Shown here piece after piece: positions 17,538 to 26,137 of a stretch of 64,000 nt of DNA. Below the pieces are notes generated by a model that was not told the DNA's origin, searched no databases, and worked only from the letters and a program-made list of their open reading frames with translations. Numbering within the stretch: the stretch's first letter is position 1; each line of letters begins with the position of its first letter. The stretch lies in IMG/VR virus record IMGVR_UViG_3300027969_000039, positions 62,001-126,000 of that record. One strand, given 5' to 3'. Both the position numbers and the translations under genes were made by a program.

Positions 17538-18380
17538 TTAAGTGCCCCATTCGTTTTTGAATAACGGCACTTGTAGTCTATCACTGTACCGCCATCCTTT
17601 TCGCATTGCCATTTCTGCAACCGCCCTATTATTAAGATTGTACACCCGCTCAACGCCACCACAAGGCATAAGATAGACATGACCACGAAAACCCCTCTTA
17701 CGATACGCATTTACTGCCTCCTCAGCTTCTTCCATATCCTCGTTAGTAGCTACTACAAATTTGAGATATGTATGCCCAACTTGGCTATATTCATAGATTA
17801 TGTCTGGGCAGATAGCATCATCCCACTTCTCACCACTGATGCTGAGTTTAGGACTGACGCTGAATGTGATAGAACCCATGCTACGACTTGTACACCATTT
17901 ATTCAAGAAGAATCGTAGATCCTGATGTAATGATTGTGTACCATTAGTCTCAAAAGTTAGTTCTTGTAAGCTACGCATCTTCTCGTTTGAAAGTAAATCA
18001 ACAAAACTACGCTGCCAACCTAGTAGTGGCTCACCACCAGTGATGACAAGATGCTCATCTAACCAACGCTTCTCTGGCAACATATCCATGATACTACTAA
18101 CAATACTATCAGTTTCAAGCATTGGACTTAAGTCTTTGAATCTGGGATCCCAACTCGCATAGCTATCACATCCTGTACTGACAAGTGGTAACATTTTGTA
18201 ATCAGTATACTTTGTCGGGTCGATATTATTTGCTTCCTCGCTTAGTTTACCTTTCGGCATACCAAAGCCTGCACATTTGAAGTTACATCCGAATGTTCGT
18301 AGAAATACTGAGGGGACACCCATGTATCTACCTTCACCTTGAATGCTATAGAATAGTTCTGCTATTTTTAATTTTGCCAT
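17538..18380 (-). CDS. queE: 7-carboxy-7-deazaguanine synthase (radical SAM)
   Basis: ELFYSIQGEG, VFLRTFGCNFKC, ITGGEP, ETNGT, SVSPK and RLQVPL motifs. Confidence 0.9.
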   Translation of the reverse strand: MAKLKIAELFYSIQGEGRYMGVPSVFLRTFGCNFKCAGFGMPKGKLSEEANNIDPTKYTDYKMLPLVSTGCDSYASWDPRFKDLSPMLETDSIVSSIMDMLPEKRWLDEHLVITGGEPLLGWQRSFVDLLSNEKMRSLQELTFETNGTQSLHQDLRFFLNKWCTSRSMGSITFSVSPKLSISGEKWDDAICPDIIYEYSQVGHTYLKFVVATNEDMEEAEEAVNAYRKRGFRGHVYLMPCGGVERVYNLNNRAVAEMAMRKGWRYSDRLQVPLFKNEWGT

Positions 18381-18383
18381 GTT

Positions 18384-19481
18384 TTATTGCCTGAATGAAT
18401 TTATGTCACCTAAATATACTTTTTTGTTTTTAAAAATATCATCTTTTAATATTTCTTTTAGTAAAATTTTATCTTCTGCGTTTAAATTTAATCTATCGTA
18501 CATAATGTTATCTAAATGTCCCCACTGCCGTATACTATTAAAATATATACCTGTCAAGTTTTCATATGATAATTGCCAATTAATATAGTCTTTAATTTCT
18601 TTATAATTACCTTTTTGGACAGTAAAAGAAGTACTCCAGCCAATAAAATTTTTAAAACTGTTACTTATAATCATTTCATTAAGAAATTTTAAATTTTCAT
18701 CTAATTTATCTTTAGATCCATTTATTCTTATCTTTGAATAAGTTTCATTTGAAAATGCATCGATACTTACTGTAATATGTGTGATATTATTCCATAATGG
18801 TTTTATTTGATTCCAGCGTGATTCTGTCATTAAAATACCGTTGGTCATTAGTTTTATTGTTAAATTTTCATTTAGATTTTTTGTTGACAATGTTTTTAAG
18901 TAATTCCAATAAGTAGGACTTGCAAAAGCATCTCCACTACCAGTAATGTTTATACTAACCTTTTCACCTTGTTCTAATAAATAATCAACAAGTTTTTCAA
19001 CTTTGTCATTGATATTATCTATTTGTTTATTTTCTCCCAATTTATGAAGTATTAAATTATTACGACAACTAGGACATTGCAAATTACATGATAAATCATA
19101 ACAAAAATGAATTATGATTGAATTAGAATTTTTATAAAAATCTAATAATTGCAAAGGTACAATTGTATTACCAGGCATTACTTTATCATTTAACATTTGA
19201 CTAATAAAAGGACAATAGTCATTGCAGTTTGTGAATTTACCCTCACTCATATCTGATATCATAGCTAGTCGTTCTGAATTATTAATGATATCTTCTATTG
19301 AATCTGTAATAATATTGCCGCAAAATTTTGGTAACCAAGAAAAACAACATATAGTAATATCACCATTGTGGTGAATTTCTAAATGTTTTGATATTTTATA
19401 ACAGCCGAAATTTTTTAAATATTCCTGTGTTCTTGCATACTCATTTTCTGATTTCATTAAAAAATTCATGTTATGATTCAA
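18384..19481 (-). CDS. radical SAM protein with N-terminal SPASM/Twitch-like domain
   Basis: CNLQCPSC (Cx3Cx2C), GSGDAF, MTNG; N-terminal GDITICC; markedly AT-rich. Confidence 0.8.
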   Translation of the reverse strand: MNHNMNFLMKSENEYARTQEYLKNFGCYKISKHLEIHHNGDITICCFSWLPKFCGNIITDSIEDIINNSERLAMISDMSEGKFTNCNDYCPFISQMLNDKVMPGNTIVPLQLLDFYKNSNSIIIHFCYDLSCNLQCPSCRNNLILHKLGENKQIDNINDKVEKLVDYLLEQGEKVSINITGSGDAFASPTYWNYLKTLSTKNLNENLTIKLMTNGILMTESRWNQIKPLWNNITHITVSIDAFSNETYSKIRINGSKDKLDENLKFLNEMIISNSFKNFIGWSTSFTVQKGNYKEIKDYINWQLSYENLTGIYFNSIRQWGHLDNIMYDRLNLNAEDKILLKEILKDDIFKNKKVYLGDINSFRQ

Positions 19482-19960
19482 TCTTTAAATTCATTATCTT
19501 CTCTGTGTCCTTGACGACCTGCCATGTTTGAATCAGTCTCACGTACTTCTACTTTACAGCACCAAACACGTTTGGCTTCTTCACTGCCGCAGTTGGGTAA
19601 GAAGATAGTGTTCACATATTCATATAAGAAATCACTGATACCTTCACATCCTGTCTTTTCAACCTCTGTAATTTTTGCTAGTTTAAGTTTACCTAGATTC
19701 AATAGATGTTCACGCATCGGGTCATCTTGTGCGACTAGTAATGTATGATCGAACCATTCTTCTAATTTTTCTTTGAGTGGTTTCAAGCCACCAAAGTCAG
19801 TCACCCAGTTTCGTGCATCTAATGTATCCGCTTCAAATTCAAAATGAAACGACATTGCGTAACCATGAATCATGTTACAATGACTATCTGCACGCCATTG
19901 ACGATAAGCTACTGGACCTATCTGTTTGTACGTTTTTGTACTGAAATATTTTTTTGCCAT
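19478..19960 (-). CDS. queD: 6-carboxy-5,6,7,8-tetrahydropterin synthase
   Basis: HCNMIHGY, DFGGLK, FDHT, GCE and VRET motifs. Confidence 0.85.
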   Translation of the reverse strand: MAKKYFSTKTYKQIGPVAYRQWRADSHCNMIHGYAMSFHFEFEADTLDARNWVTDFGGLKPLKEKLEEWFDHTLLVAQDDPMREHLLNLGKLKLAKITEVEKTGCEGISDFLYEYVNTIFLPNCGSEEAKRVWCCKVEVRETDSNMAGRQGHREDNEFKD

Positions 19961-19968
19961 GTTGTTCT

Positions 19969-20042
19969 CCTATGTTAATTATAGCATAGGCAGCAGAATT
20001 TGTAAAGCGGGATGATGACCGAAGACCGCTATCTTTATTTAT
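19969..20042 (-). promoter_or_regulatory. late promoter plus structured 5' UTR of queD
   Basis: ATAAATA (20042-20036); AGCGG/CCGCU stem with a cUUCGg-like loop; CCUAUG/CAUAGG hairpin overlapping the RBS. Confidence 0.45.
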
Positions 20043-20496
20043 CCTTTGATTCAGCTTGTACTACACGCTTACGCAAACTACTGCTACTGAAACTATGGTC
20101 ACGGCTATTGAATACTAATTCAATCTTACGCTTCTCGCAGATTGCTCTACCAGTAAAGTCTTTCTCCATGTACTCAACCCCTAGTATACGCACATCTACT
20201 GGCAATGTCAACAGTATGTCTTCCAAATCTTTTTCTGTATTGTAAACAACAATTTCATCTACAAAACGGACAGCACTTAAACTGATTTGGCGTTCAACAA
20301 TACTTTGAATGGGAGCATTCTTATCTGGTCTATCCCATTGTGCATTATTTTGTAACCCAGCAATGAGGTAATCGCAATGATTCTTAGCTTCACTAAGCAT
20401 TGCGATATGTCCTGCATGTAATATATCAAATTGCGAGAACACGATACCTATCTTTAGGCCTTGTAATTTTAGTTCTTTGATACGGTTGAATATCAT
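20035..20496 (-). CDS. cytidylyltransferase (TagD/RfaE-like)
   Basis: FDILHAGHI (HxGH), LIAGL, ER..L.AVRFVDE and SSSSLR motifs. Confidence 0.85.
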   Translation of the reverse strand: MIFNRIKELKLQGLKIGIVFSQFDILHAGHIAMLSEAKNHCDYLIAGLQNNAQWDRPDKNAPIQSIVERQISLSAVRFVDEIVVYNTEKDLEDILLTLPVDVRILGVEYMEKDFTGRAICEKRKIELVFNSRDHSFSSSSLRKRVVQAESKDK

Positions 20497-20765
20497 TCTT
20501 CAACTCCAAAAAAGTGTTCTTTAATTGCTACATAACTGTCAACACCACATTGAACATAACCATCCCAATGTGTGTCCTTCATCATAAGTTCATCTTCCAG
20601 CACAGGCAGATATTGTTCTCTTACTTGATTCATACATTCAGCTATAATCAATTCAGCAAGATTTTCTAAGTTTTGTTTGTCATCATCATGCCCGTATAAG
20701 CTAGACCGTTTTAATGCCCAATCAAATCCAGCCTGTTCAGCAAGTTGTTGAATTCGTTCGTTCAT
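20493..20765 (-). CDS. MNERI-family small protein, dispersed copy
   Basis: MNERIQQLAEQAG...ENLAELIIAEC...IKEHFFGVEE. Confidence 0.8.
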   Translation of the reverse strand: MNERIQQLAEQAGFDWALKRSSLYGHDDDKQNLENLAELIIAECMNQVREQYLPVLEDELMMKDTHWDGYVQCGVDSYVAIKEHFFGVEE

Positions 20766-21445
20766 TTCCCACCCCGAGCCAATTGATAGAATTCTGCTCT
20801 TGCTGCTGGATCACTTTTGAATCCACCACCTAATTTACTTGTAACAGTACTAGAGCCAGTATCTTCTACACCTCTTGATTTAACACAATAATGTTGTGCA
20901 TCAATCATGACCGCAACATCTTCTGTCTCAAGGATATATTGCAATGCGTGAAAGATTTGTTCTGTCAATCGTTCTTGTATTTGTGGACGCTTGCTAAAGT
21001 ATTCTACGATACGATTGATTTTACTCAATCCAAGTACTTTCTGATTGGGAACGTATGCCACAGTTGCTAGTCCATCGATGACTACAAAGTGATGTTCGCA
21101 ATTGCTTTGTACATTGATATTGCGTTCGCATACCATTTCGTTGTACTTCATCTTGTTATCAACTGCTGTACATTTAGGAAATGCCTCATAATCTAATCCC
21201 CAAAAGATTTCATTGACATACATCTTTGCTACACGTTTTGGGGTGTCAATCAGACTATCATCTGTTAAGTCAAGACCTAATGCTGTCATAATATCAGCAA
21301 ATAATACTTCAATGACTTCAATCTTGCCTTTACGGTCGATGATTTGACCTGTCTCTTTGATAGGAGTTTCAACTCCCATCTTAACCAAATGTTCGTGTAC
21401 TTTTTGACCCAACTCTGGATCTGTTTTTGTTTTATTATAACTCAT
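20762..21445 (-). CDS. folE: GTP cyclohydrolase I
   Basis: TPKRVAK, SNCEHH, GLSKINR, QIQERLT and HYCVKSRG motifs. Confidence 0.95.
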   Translation of the reverse strand: MSYNKTKTDPELGQKVHEHLVKMGVETPIKETGQIIDRKGKIEVIEVLFADIMTALGLDLTDDSLIDTPKRVAKMYVNEIFWGLDYEAFPKCTAVDNKMKYNEMVCERNINVQSNCEHHFVVIDGLATVAYVPNQKVLGLSKINRIVEYFSKRPQIQERLTEQIFHALQYILETEDVAVMIDAQHYCVKSRGVEDTGSSTVTSKLGGGFKSDPAARAEFYQLARGGK

Positions 21446-21480
21446 AGATAACCTTCCTTTGTGATGGTTTTTGTTTTGAA

Positions 21481-21518
21481 ATGTAAGCTACCGTTGTGTA
21501 GCTTACATATTTATTTAT
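21481..21518 (-). promoter_or_regulatory. tandem late promoter and 11-bp hairpin upstream of folE
   Basis: ATAAATAAATA (21518-21508) followed by the ATGTAAGCTAC-N6-GTAGCTTACAT inverted repeat (21481-21508). Confidence 0.55.
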
Positions 21519-21524
21519 CACAGA

Positions 21525-21713
21525 TTAAGCCTTAGCTTCTTTTCTTGCTGCTTTTTCAGCGGTGATTTCATTACGGCGAGCCTTGACTGCTTTAGCTAGT
21601 TCACCCAATGCTTTACGGGCACGAGTTCCTGCTGCTGCATTACCTTTTTCAAATTTTTCATGTTCGGCTTCGTATGCTGCCAATTGTGTTTTAATATCAT
21701 TATGTGCGTTCAT
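21525..21713 (-). CDS. histone H1-like (Hc1-type) small basic protein
   Basis: KFEKGNAAAGTRARKALGEL motif. Confidence 0.75.
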   Translation of the reverse strand: MNAHNDIKTQLAAYEAEHEKFEKGNAAAGTRARKALGELAKAVKARRNEITAEKAARKEAKA

Positions 21714-21738
21714 TTTATTTCCTTTTTAAAATTTTTTT

Positions 21739-22122
21739 TTATTCGTCAAGTCTGGTGATTTCTAAATCACAATCAATAATCATTTCGCATTCGTCTTGAC
21801 TCCAGCCGTGTTCTTCTAAGTCAAGCCAAGAATTACCTTCTTCAAAGAATTCTTCTATCCAAGCTGTAGTTTCTTCATCACAGTCATCTGTGTCAACTTC
21901 TTCCCAGCAACCATCGCTAGTTTCAACTAGTTCAGCTTCATATCCGCAGTCGTACATATCTACTCCTGCTTCAATATCAGGGGGATTATCATCTTCTGTT
22001 TCTACAGTAAATTCTCCCCAACGCCATCCTGTTTCAACCATGACCTTATTACCATCTTTAGTAAGATAGTTACGTTCAATGATTGATTTCTTCCATGTTG
22101 GTTTTACACTCCATATTGCCAT
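21739..22122 (-). CDS. hypothetical acidic protein
   Basis: 127-aa ORF with an AAAGGA RBS. Confidence 0.7.
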   Translation of the reverse strand: MAIWSVKPTWKKSIIERNYLTKDGNKVMVETGWRWGEFTVETEDDNPPDIEAGVDMYDCGYEAELVETSDGCWEEVDTDDCDEETTAWIEEFFEEGNSWLDLEEHGWSQDECEMIIDCDLEITRLDE

Positions 22123-22123
22123 T

Positions 22124-23299
22124 TTAATATTTCCTTTCTTTAGTGTGTTTTCTGTAATCAGTACTCATGCGTAGCATATCATCGCCCTTGCCCTCTAATA
22201 TATCACAGATTCTATCAATCGTGCTATCGTTACGGTCACTTATCTTTCCCATGTTCTTATGAGGCTCTTGTAGAAGCCTACGTAACTTACCAATAGCATT
22301 ATCAATGCTCCAAGGGATATACAAACGGTCAGGATCGTTAGCGAAAGTTTCAGGGAAGCTACGATAAGCAGGATAGAGAACATTGCATCCGAGTGCATCA
22401 GCCTCACTGACTGTGTTCGAAACCCAATCTTGTAACGCACAGTTAAATACAACCCGACTATCATTAACAATGTTGTAGTATTCATTCTTTTCTAAATCCT
22501 CATGTATTGTCAATAGTCCACGACTCACCAAGTCGCGGGTTCGTTGCATATAGCTGTCGCTATTAGATTTAAGTTTACCCCCGCTACACACGCAGAATTT
22601 AATATCAGTGTCTGGGTTTTCAGTGTACCATTGTTCAATGAGGTCCATATAGAAATCAGGTTGTTTCTCCTGATCCCAACGGGCACTGAATACTACACGA
22701 TTCTTTCGTTCATTAAATGGCTTGATACTAGCGACACGACCTTGTACTTCACTCTTGCCAAATGCTAATCCACTGATATTGTAGATTGGAGCACGCCAAC
22801 CTGCAATCTTCATATGCATTACCATTTCTTCATTAGTTGCTAGTACACCGTCTACGAACGAATCAACCATCTTTTCATAATGCCCCATAAATTCTGACAT
22901 ATTCCAAACATGTACAAAATCATCAGGATCAATAGACTGGGCAAGACAGCGAACAAAAATACGAGGACGGTGCTCACTACTGATTTGATTGAGTATATAA
23001 GGTAGGCTCTCAATACCGGGCTGAAACATGTCCTCAAAGTAGATAACATCTTCATTGTTCAGTTCTCCTGCTTTCATCATCTTGATTAGATTCATCAGTT
23101 GACTCATACCGTAGTATGTGCGACCATGTGCATCTAATACTTGACCCGTTACTATTGCTTGGTCATTACTAAGTGTTTCCCCGGGTACTACAACATAGTT
23201 GATACCTCTAAGATCAAACACCGTAGTATTCCACTCTTGCAATTGCAGAGTGTACCTTGCTTTGTAGGGCTCAAGCCCCATGTAATATAGCTTACGCAT
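22124..23299 (-). CDS. GT-B glycosyltransferase
   Basis: VVFSARWDQEKQP, VVFNCALQDW.S..V.EA..LG, YPAYRSFPE; start MRKLYY at 23299. Confidence 0.75.
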   Translation of the reverse strand: MRKLYYMGLEPYKARYTLQLQEWNTTVFDLRGINYVVVPGETLSNDQAIVTGQVLDAHGRTYYGMSQLMNLIKMMKAGELNNEDVIYFEDMFQPGIESLPYILNQISSEHRPRIFVRCLAQSIDPDDFVHVWNMSEFMGHYEKMVDSFVDGVLATNEEMVMHMKIAGWRAPIYNISGLAFGKSEVQGRVASIKPFNERKNRVVFSARWDQEKQPDFYMDLIEQWYTENPDTDIKFCVCSGGKLKSNSDSYMQRTRDLVSRGLLTIHEDLEKNEYYNIVNDSRVVFNCALQDWVSNTVSEADALGCNVLYPAYRSFPETFANDPDRLYIPWSIDNAIGKLRRLLQEPHKNMGKISDRNDSTIDRICDILEGKGDDMLRMSTDYRKHTKERKY

Positions 23300-23505
23300 T
23301 ATGGACGAGCGTTTTCTTGCCACTGATCTCTCGCAACTTTTCCAGTTGCGAATTTTGTATACTGACGATAGACATAACTACGTTGGTCGTAGAGTTCTGC
23401 TTCGTTGTACTTATAACCAAAATCCACGCAGAATTCTAGATATTTCTCTAGGTCCTCAAAGATTTGTTGAACACGTGGGTTTGATTGAAAAGTTTGTTTT
23501 GCCAT
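23299..23505 (-). CDS. hypothetical protein
   Basis: 68-aa ORF with RBS. Confidence 0.65.
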   Translation of the reverse strand: MAKQTFQSNPRVQQIFEDLEKYLEFCVDFGYKYNEAELYDQRSYVYRQYTKFATGKVARDQWQENARP

Positions 23506-23514
23506 TTTATTTCC

Positions 23515-23967
23515 TTAGATAGCGAGGTTAGTTAAAGGTTTAGTTACATTATAAAAAATCGTAGCACCATTCTCATTGTCCTCTGAGACAGTGATAGTGA
23601 TATTACGATCTGGATACCGAGTTGCAATAACCTCATAAAGATCATCACTAATCATTTCACAACTTTTGTAATACAATGCAAGAATGCCTTGAGAATATTG
23701 ATTCTCTAACCATCGTTTGAATTGAATAAACTCAATATCACGGTCGTTGTGAAATACTTCAATCGTCACCTCAAAGTGAAAGATGTGACGATGTGGAGTT
23801 GCTAAAAAGCTAACATCATACTCATCACCTGTTGCCAAGTTAGGGTCTGTTGCTGCTGCGGGGTATTTATGAATACCTTCTTTTTGAAAACGTACAAAAA
23901 TTGTACGCATTGCTTTATCTTTAATTCGTTGACGTTTTTCAGCCAATACTTGCGTTTGTTGTTCCAT
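23515..23967 (-). CDS. QueD-like T-fold protein (DpdL-like candidate)
   Basis: PHRHIFHFEV, EFIQFKRWL, SCEMI and VSEDNENGA parallel the QueD layout; two genes from dpdA-like. Confidence 0.6.
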   Translation of the reverse strand: MEQQTQVLAEKRQRIKDKAMRTIFVRFQKEGIHKYPAAATDPNLATGDEYDVSFLATPHRHIFHFEVTIEVFHNDRDIEFIQFKRWLENQYSQGILALYYKSCEMISDDLYEVIATRYPDRNITITVSEDNENGATIFYNVTKPLTNLAI

Positions 23968-24176
23968 TATCTATCATCCTCAAAATTAACTCGTTCATGG
24001 TCTTCATCCCATTGAAGTCTTGTATATCTTCTTAACTCTAAGTATACATCAAGCCTATCTATTTTCATATCTTTAAGGGCATCTACAGTAAAGTCTTTAT
24101 CCTGTTCTGCTGCTAGTATTTTAGCATCAAGGTCCTTGAGTTGTTGTTCTAATCTTGCAATTCGTTGTCTATACAT
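23967..24176 (-). CDS. hypothetical coiled-coil protein
   Basis: 69-aa ORF. Confidence 0.6.
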   Translation of the reverse strand: MYRQRIARLEQQLKDLDAKILAAEQDKDFTVDALKDMKIDRLDVYLELRRYTRLQWDEDHERVNFEDDR

Positions 24177-24180
24177 ATTA

Positions 24181-25776
24181 TTACTCCAAAACTAATGACA
24201 TAGCGTCATCGCTATCTTCTATTTCCTCAATTGGTTCTTCATCTACAGTAAACAATTCATTAAACATAGTCATAGCATTAACTGTTTTTTTACCACTAAT
24301 ACCTTGGCTACCTGATTGGAATTGTTTCCAATAACTACTATGATAGTCAATCAACTCCCATGCTTCATCTTTAGTTTTCTTTGAAAAGATTTCATCAACT
24401 AATGTAGTGAAGAATCTATCACCTTCAAACTTATGAACAATCATCTTAGGAATCACACCTTGTTCATATTGCCGATTAGCCTCTTGAACTGCATTCATAT
24501 GCATCCAAACATTGTGACTTTGAATCAATGTGTAACTCAATGTATCCCAACTTGTTTTAGTTTCTTTGCCATGTTGTCCTAAGAATCCTACCCCACGATA
24601 ACACATATCTTTGAGTGTAAGTAAATCAGTTACTGGACTATCCGTAAATGTTTTATGTATTCCTTCAGCTAACACCGCATCACGAAACTTGCGAGTATCA
24701 CTAGCATATGATTTCTTCTCGGCAGTCTTTTCCATTTGATAAGACCACTTCTTATTATGTTGAATAGTTGTATTAAAATATGCCAATCCTTTAGCTGCAC
24801 TATAAAATGGACTTGCACAGTCAAAAGTAATTTGAAGTTTAGGATTATGATATTTACGAATAGCTTTTTGAATATCAGTAAACAATACTGCATATTCTAA
24901 TATACTTGTACCCAAACAATGTACTAAATCATGCTTATCTTCACGCAATAACCCGTCGTGAATTATTTCAGTCAATCTACGCAATGTCAAATGAATGTCA
25001 ATTTTATTTTGTCCACCGAACGCCCATCCGTTAAAATGATTATCTGGATAGATATTTGGGTCACAGTATTTTTTCATTTCAGTATACCATGTATCGCTGG
25101 CTGTATGATTACGACCCTGCAACACATTTAAAAACTTGCATTTCCCTGAGCGATTTTTTATAAAATATTCATTATTGATATGAGTAGCTGTTATAGCTTC
25201 TTCAACATTTTTGATACCATGCAGACTTTTTCCAGTACCTGGAATAGTGTTACCATCACTATCTTTTTCTACTGTCTTAGGGTCTTTCATATGAAAAGTA
25301 AGTTCAGACTGACTTGGTATATCTAAACACATACCATAGTCCATGTATGTGTCCATCCATGTTAATACTGCTTTGCGTTTTTTCATAGCACGAGGACAGT
25401 TAGGATCCTTCCAGTCTGCGGGCCATTGACCTTTTAAAATTTGAAAGCCACCACTGTCACCCAACATGAATGTACCTTGCTCACGCTCACGTATGATACT
25501 CTCATTGTTATCGTTCACAGTGGTATCTAAGTTAGCATGACCGGCAGAGTATAGTCCCCACTTGTAATAGTAAAGACCTTCTTTGCTGTTTAAGAAGTTT
25601 AATTTCTCAACATCGCCCTTGAACCCTGCAGGGATGCGAGCCTGATCAAAGTATGGTTCACCCTTGCGTTGCTTACCCAAACCAGCAATATAGAAACTGC
25701 TGACTGCGGGTAAGAACAATGCCCATTCAGGGTCTTGTTTTAGTGATAGATTATCCTGGACCATATGGTAAATCAT
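24181..25776 (-). CDS. dpdA: DpdA/TGT-like 7-deazaguanine transglycosylase
   Basis: GDSGGFQ, MCLDIP, NVLQG, GWAFGG, HCLGT and FDCASP motifs; context of folE/queD/queE. Confidence 0.8.
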   Translation of the reverse strand: MIYHMVQDNLSLKQDPEWALFLPAVSSFYIAGLGKQRKGEPYFDQARIPAGFKGDVEKLNFLNSKEGLYYYKWGLYSAGHANLDTTVNDNNESIIREREQGTFMLGDSGGFQILKGQWPADWKDPNCPRAMKKRKAVLTWMDTYMDYGMCLDIPSQSELTFHMKDPKTVEKDSDGNTIPGTGKSLHGIKNVEEAITATHINNEYFIKNRSGKCKFLNVLQGRNHTASDTWYTEMKKYCDPNIYPDNHFNGWAFGGQNKIDIHLTLRRLTEIIHDGLLREDKHDLVHCLGTSILEYAVLFTDIQKAIRKYHNPKLQITFDCASPFYSAAKGLAYFNTTIQHNKKWSYQMEKTAEKKSYASDTRKFRDAVLAEGIHKTFTDSPVTDLLTLKDMCYRGVGFLGQHGKETKTSWDTLSYTLIQSHNVWMHMNAVQEANRQYEQGVIPKMIVHKFEGDRFFTTLVDEIFSKKTKDEAWELIDYHSSYWKQFQSGSQGISGKKTVNAMTMFNELFTVDEEPIEEIEDSDDAMSLVLE

Positions 25777-26137
25777 TAACCTCTTCTTTTTTAATTAAAG
25801 TTCTGACAATACGTATCTGTTCTTCTTTTTGCTTGATAGTGTCTAGTAAATCTTTGATAGTGGGATTAGTTTCTGCTAATGCTGATAATTCCATTTCTTC
25901 ATCACGCTTTTTTCTAGCCCAATCAAGTAATGATTCTGCATCAGATGATAACCCAATACTTGCATAGCTAGTATTCATTGTCATCCAAGTACTTCCGTCA
26001 AACACTTGCGTATCAGTACCATTAATACGTATCATCCCTTGAATAGGATTGTTTATATTCTGATTGATATAGGGAACACTAGTGTTCCCTGCGGAAACAA
26101 CGGTGTACTTACCCATTGGAGCTATACCCTTGATCAT
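25751..26137 (-). CDS. hypothetical protein
   Basis: 128-aa ORF, ATGA-coupled to the clamp gene. Confidence 0.65.
   Translation of the reverse strand: MIKGIAPMGKYTVVSAGNTSVPYINQNINNPIQGMIRINGTDTQVFDGSTWMTMNTSYASIGLSSDAESLLDWARKKRDEEMELSALAETNPTIKDLLDTIKQKEEQIRIVRTLIKKEEVNDLPYGPG

Noticed and set aside
20004-20030. Hammerhead-like UGAUGA...GAA on the + strand
   Set aside because: The core C3 is missing and there is no room for stem II.
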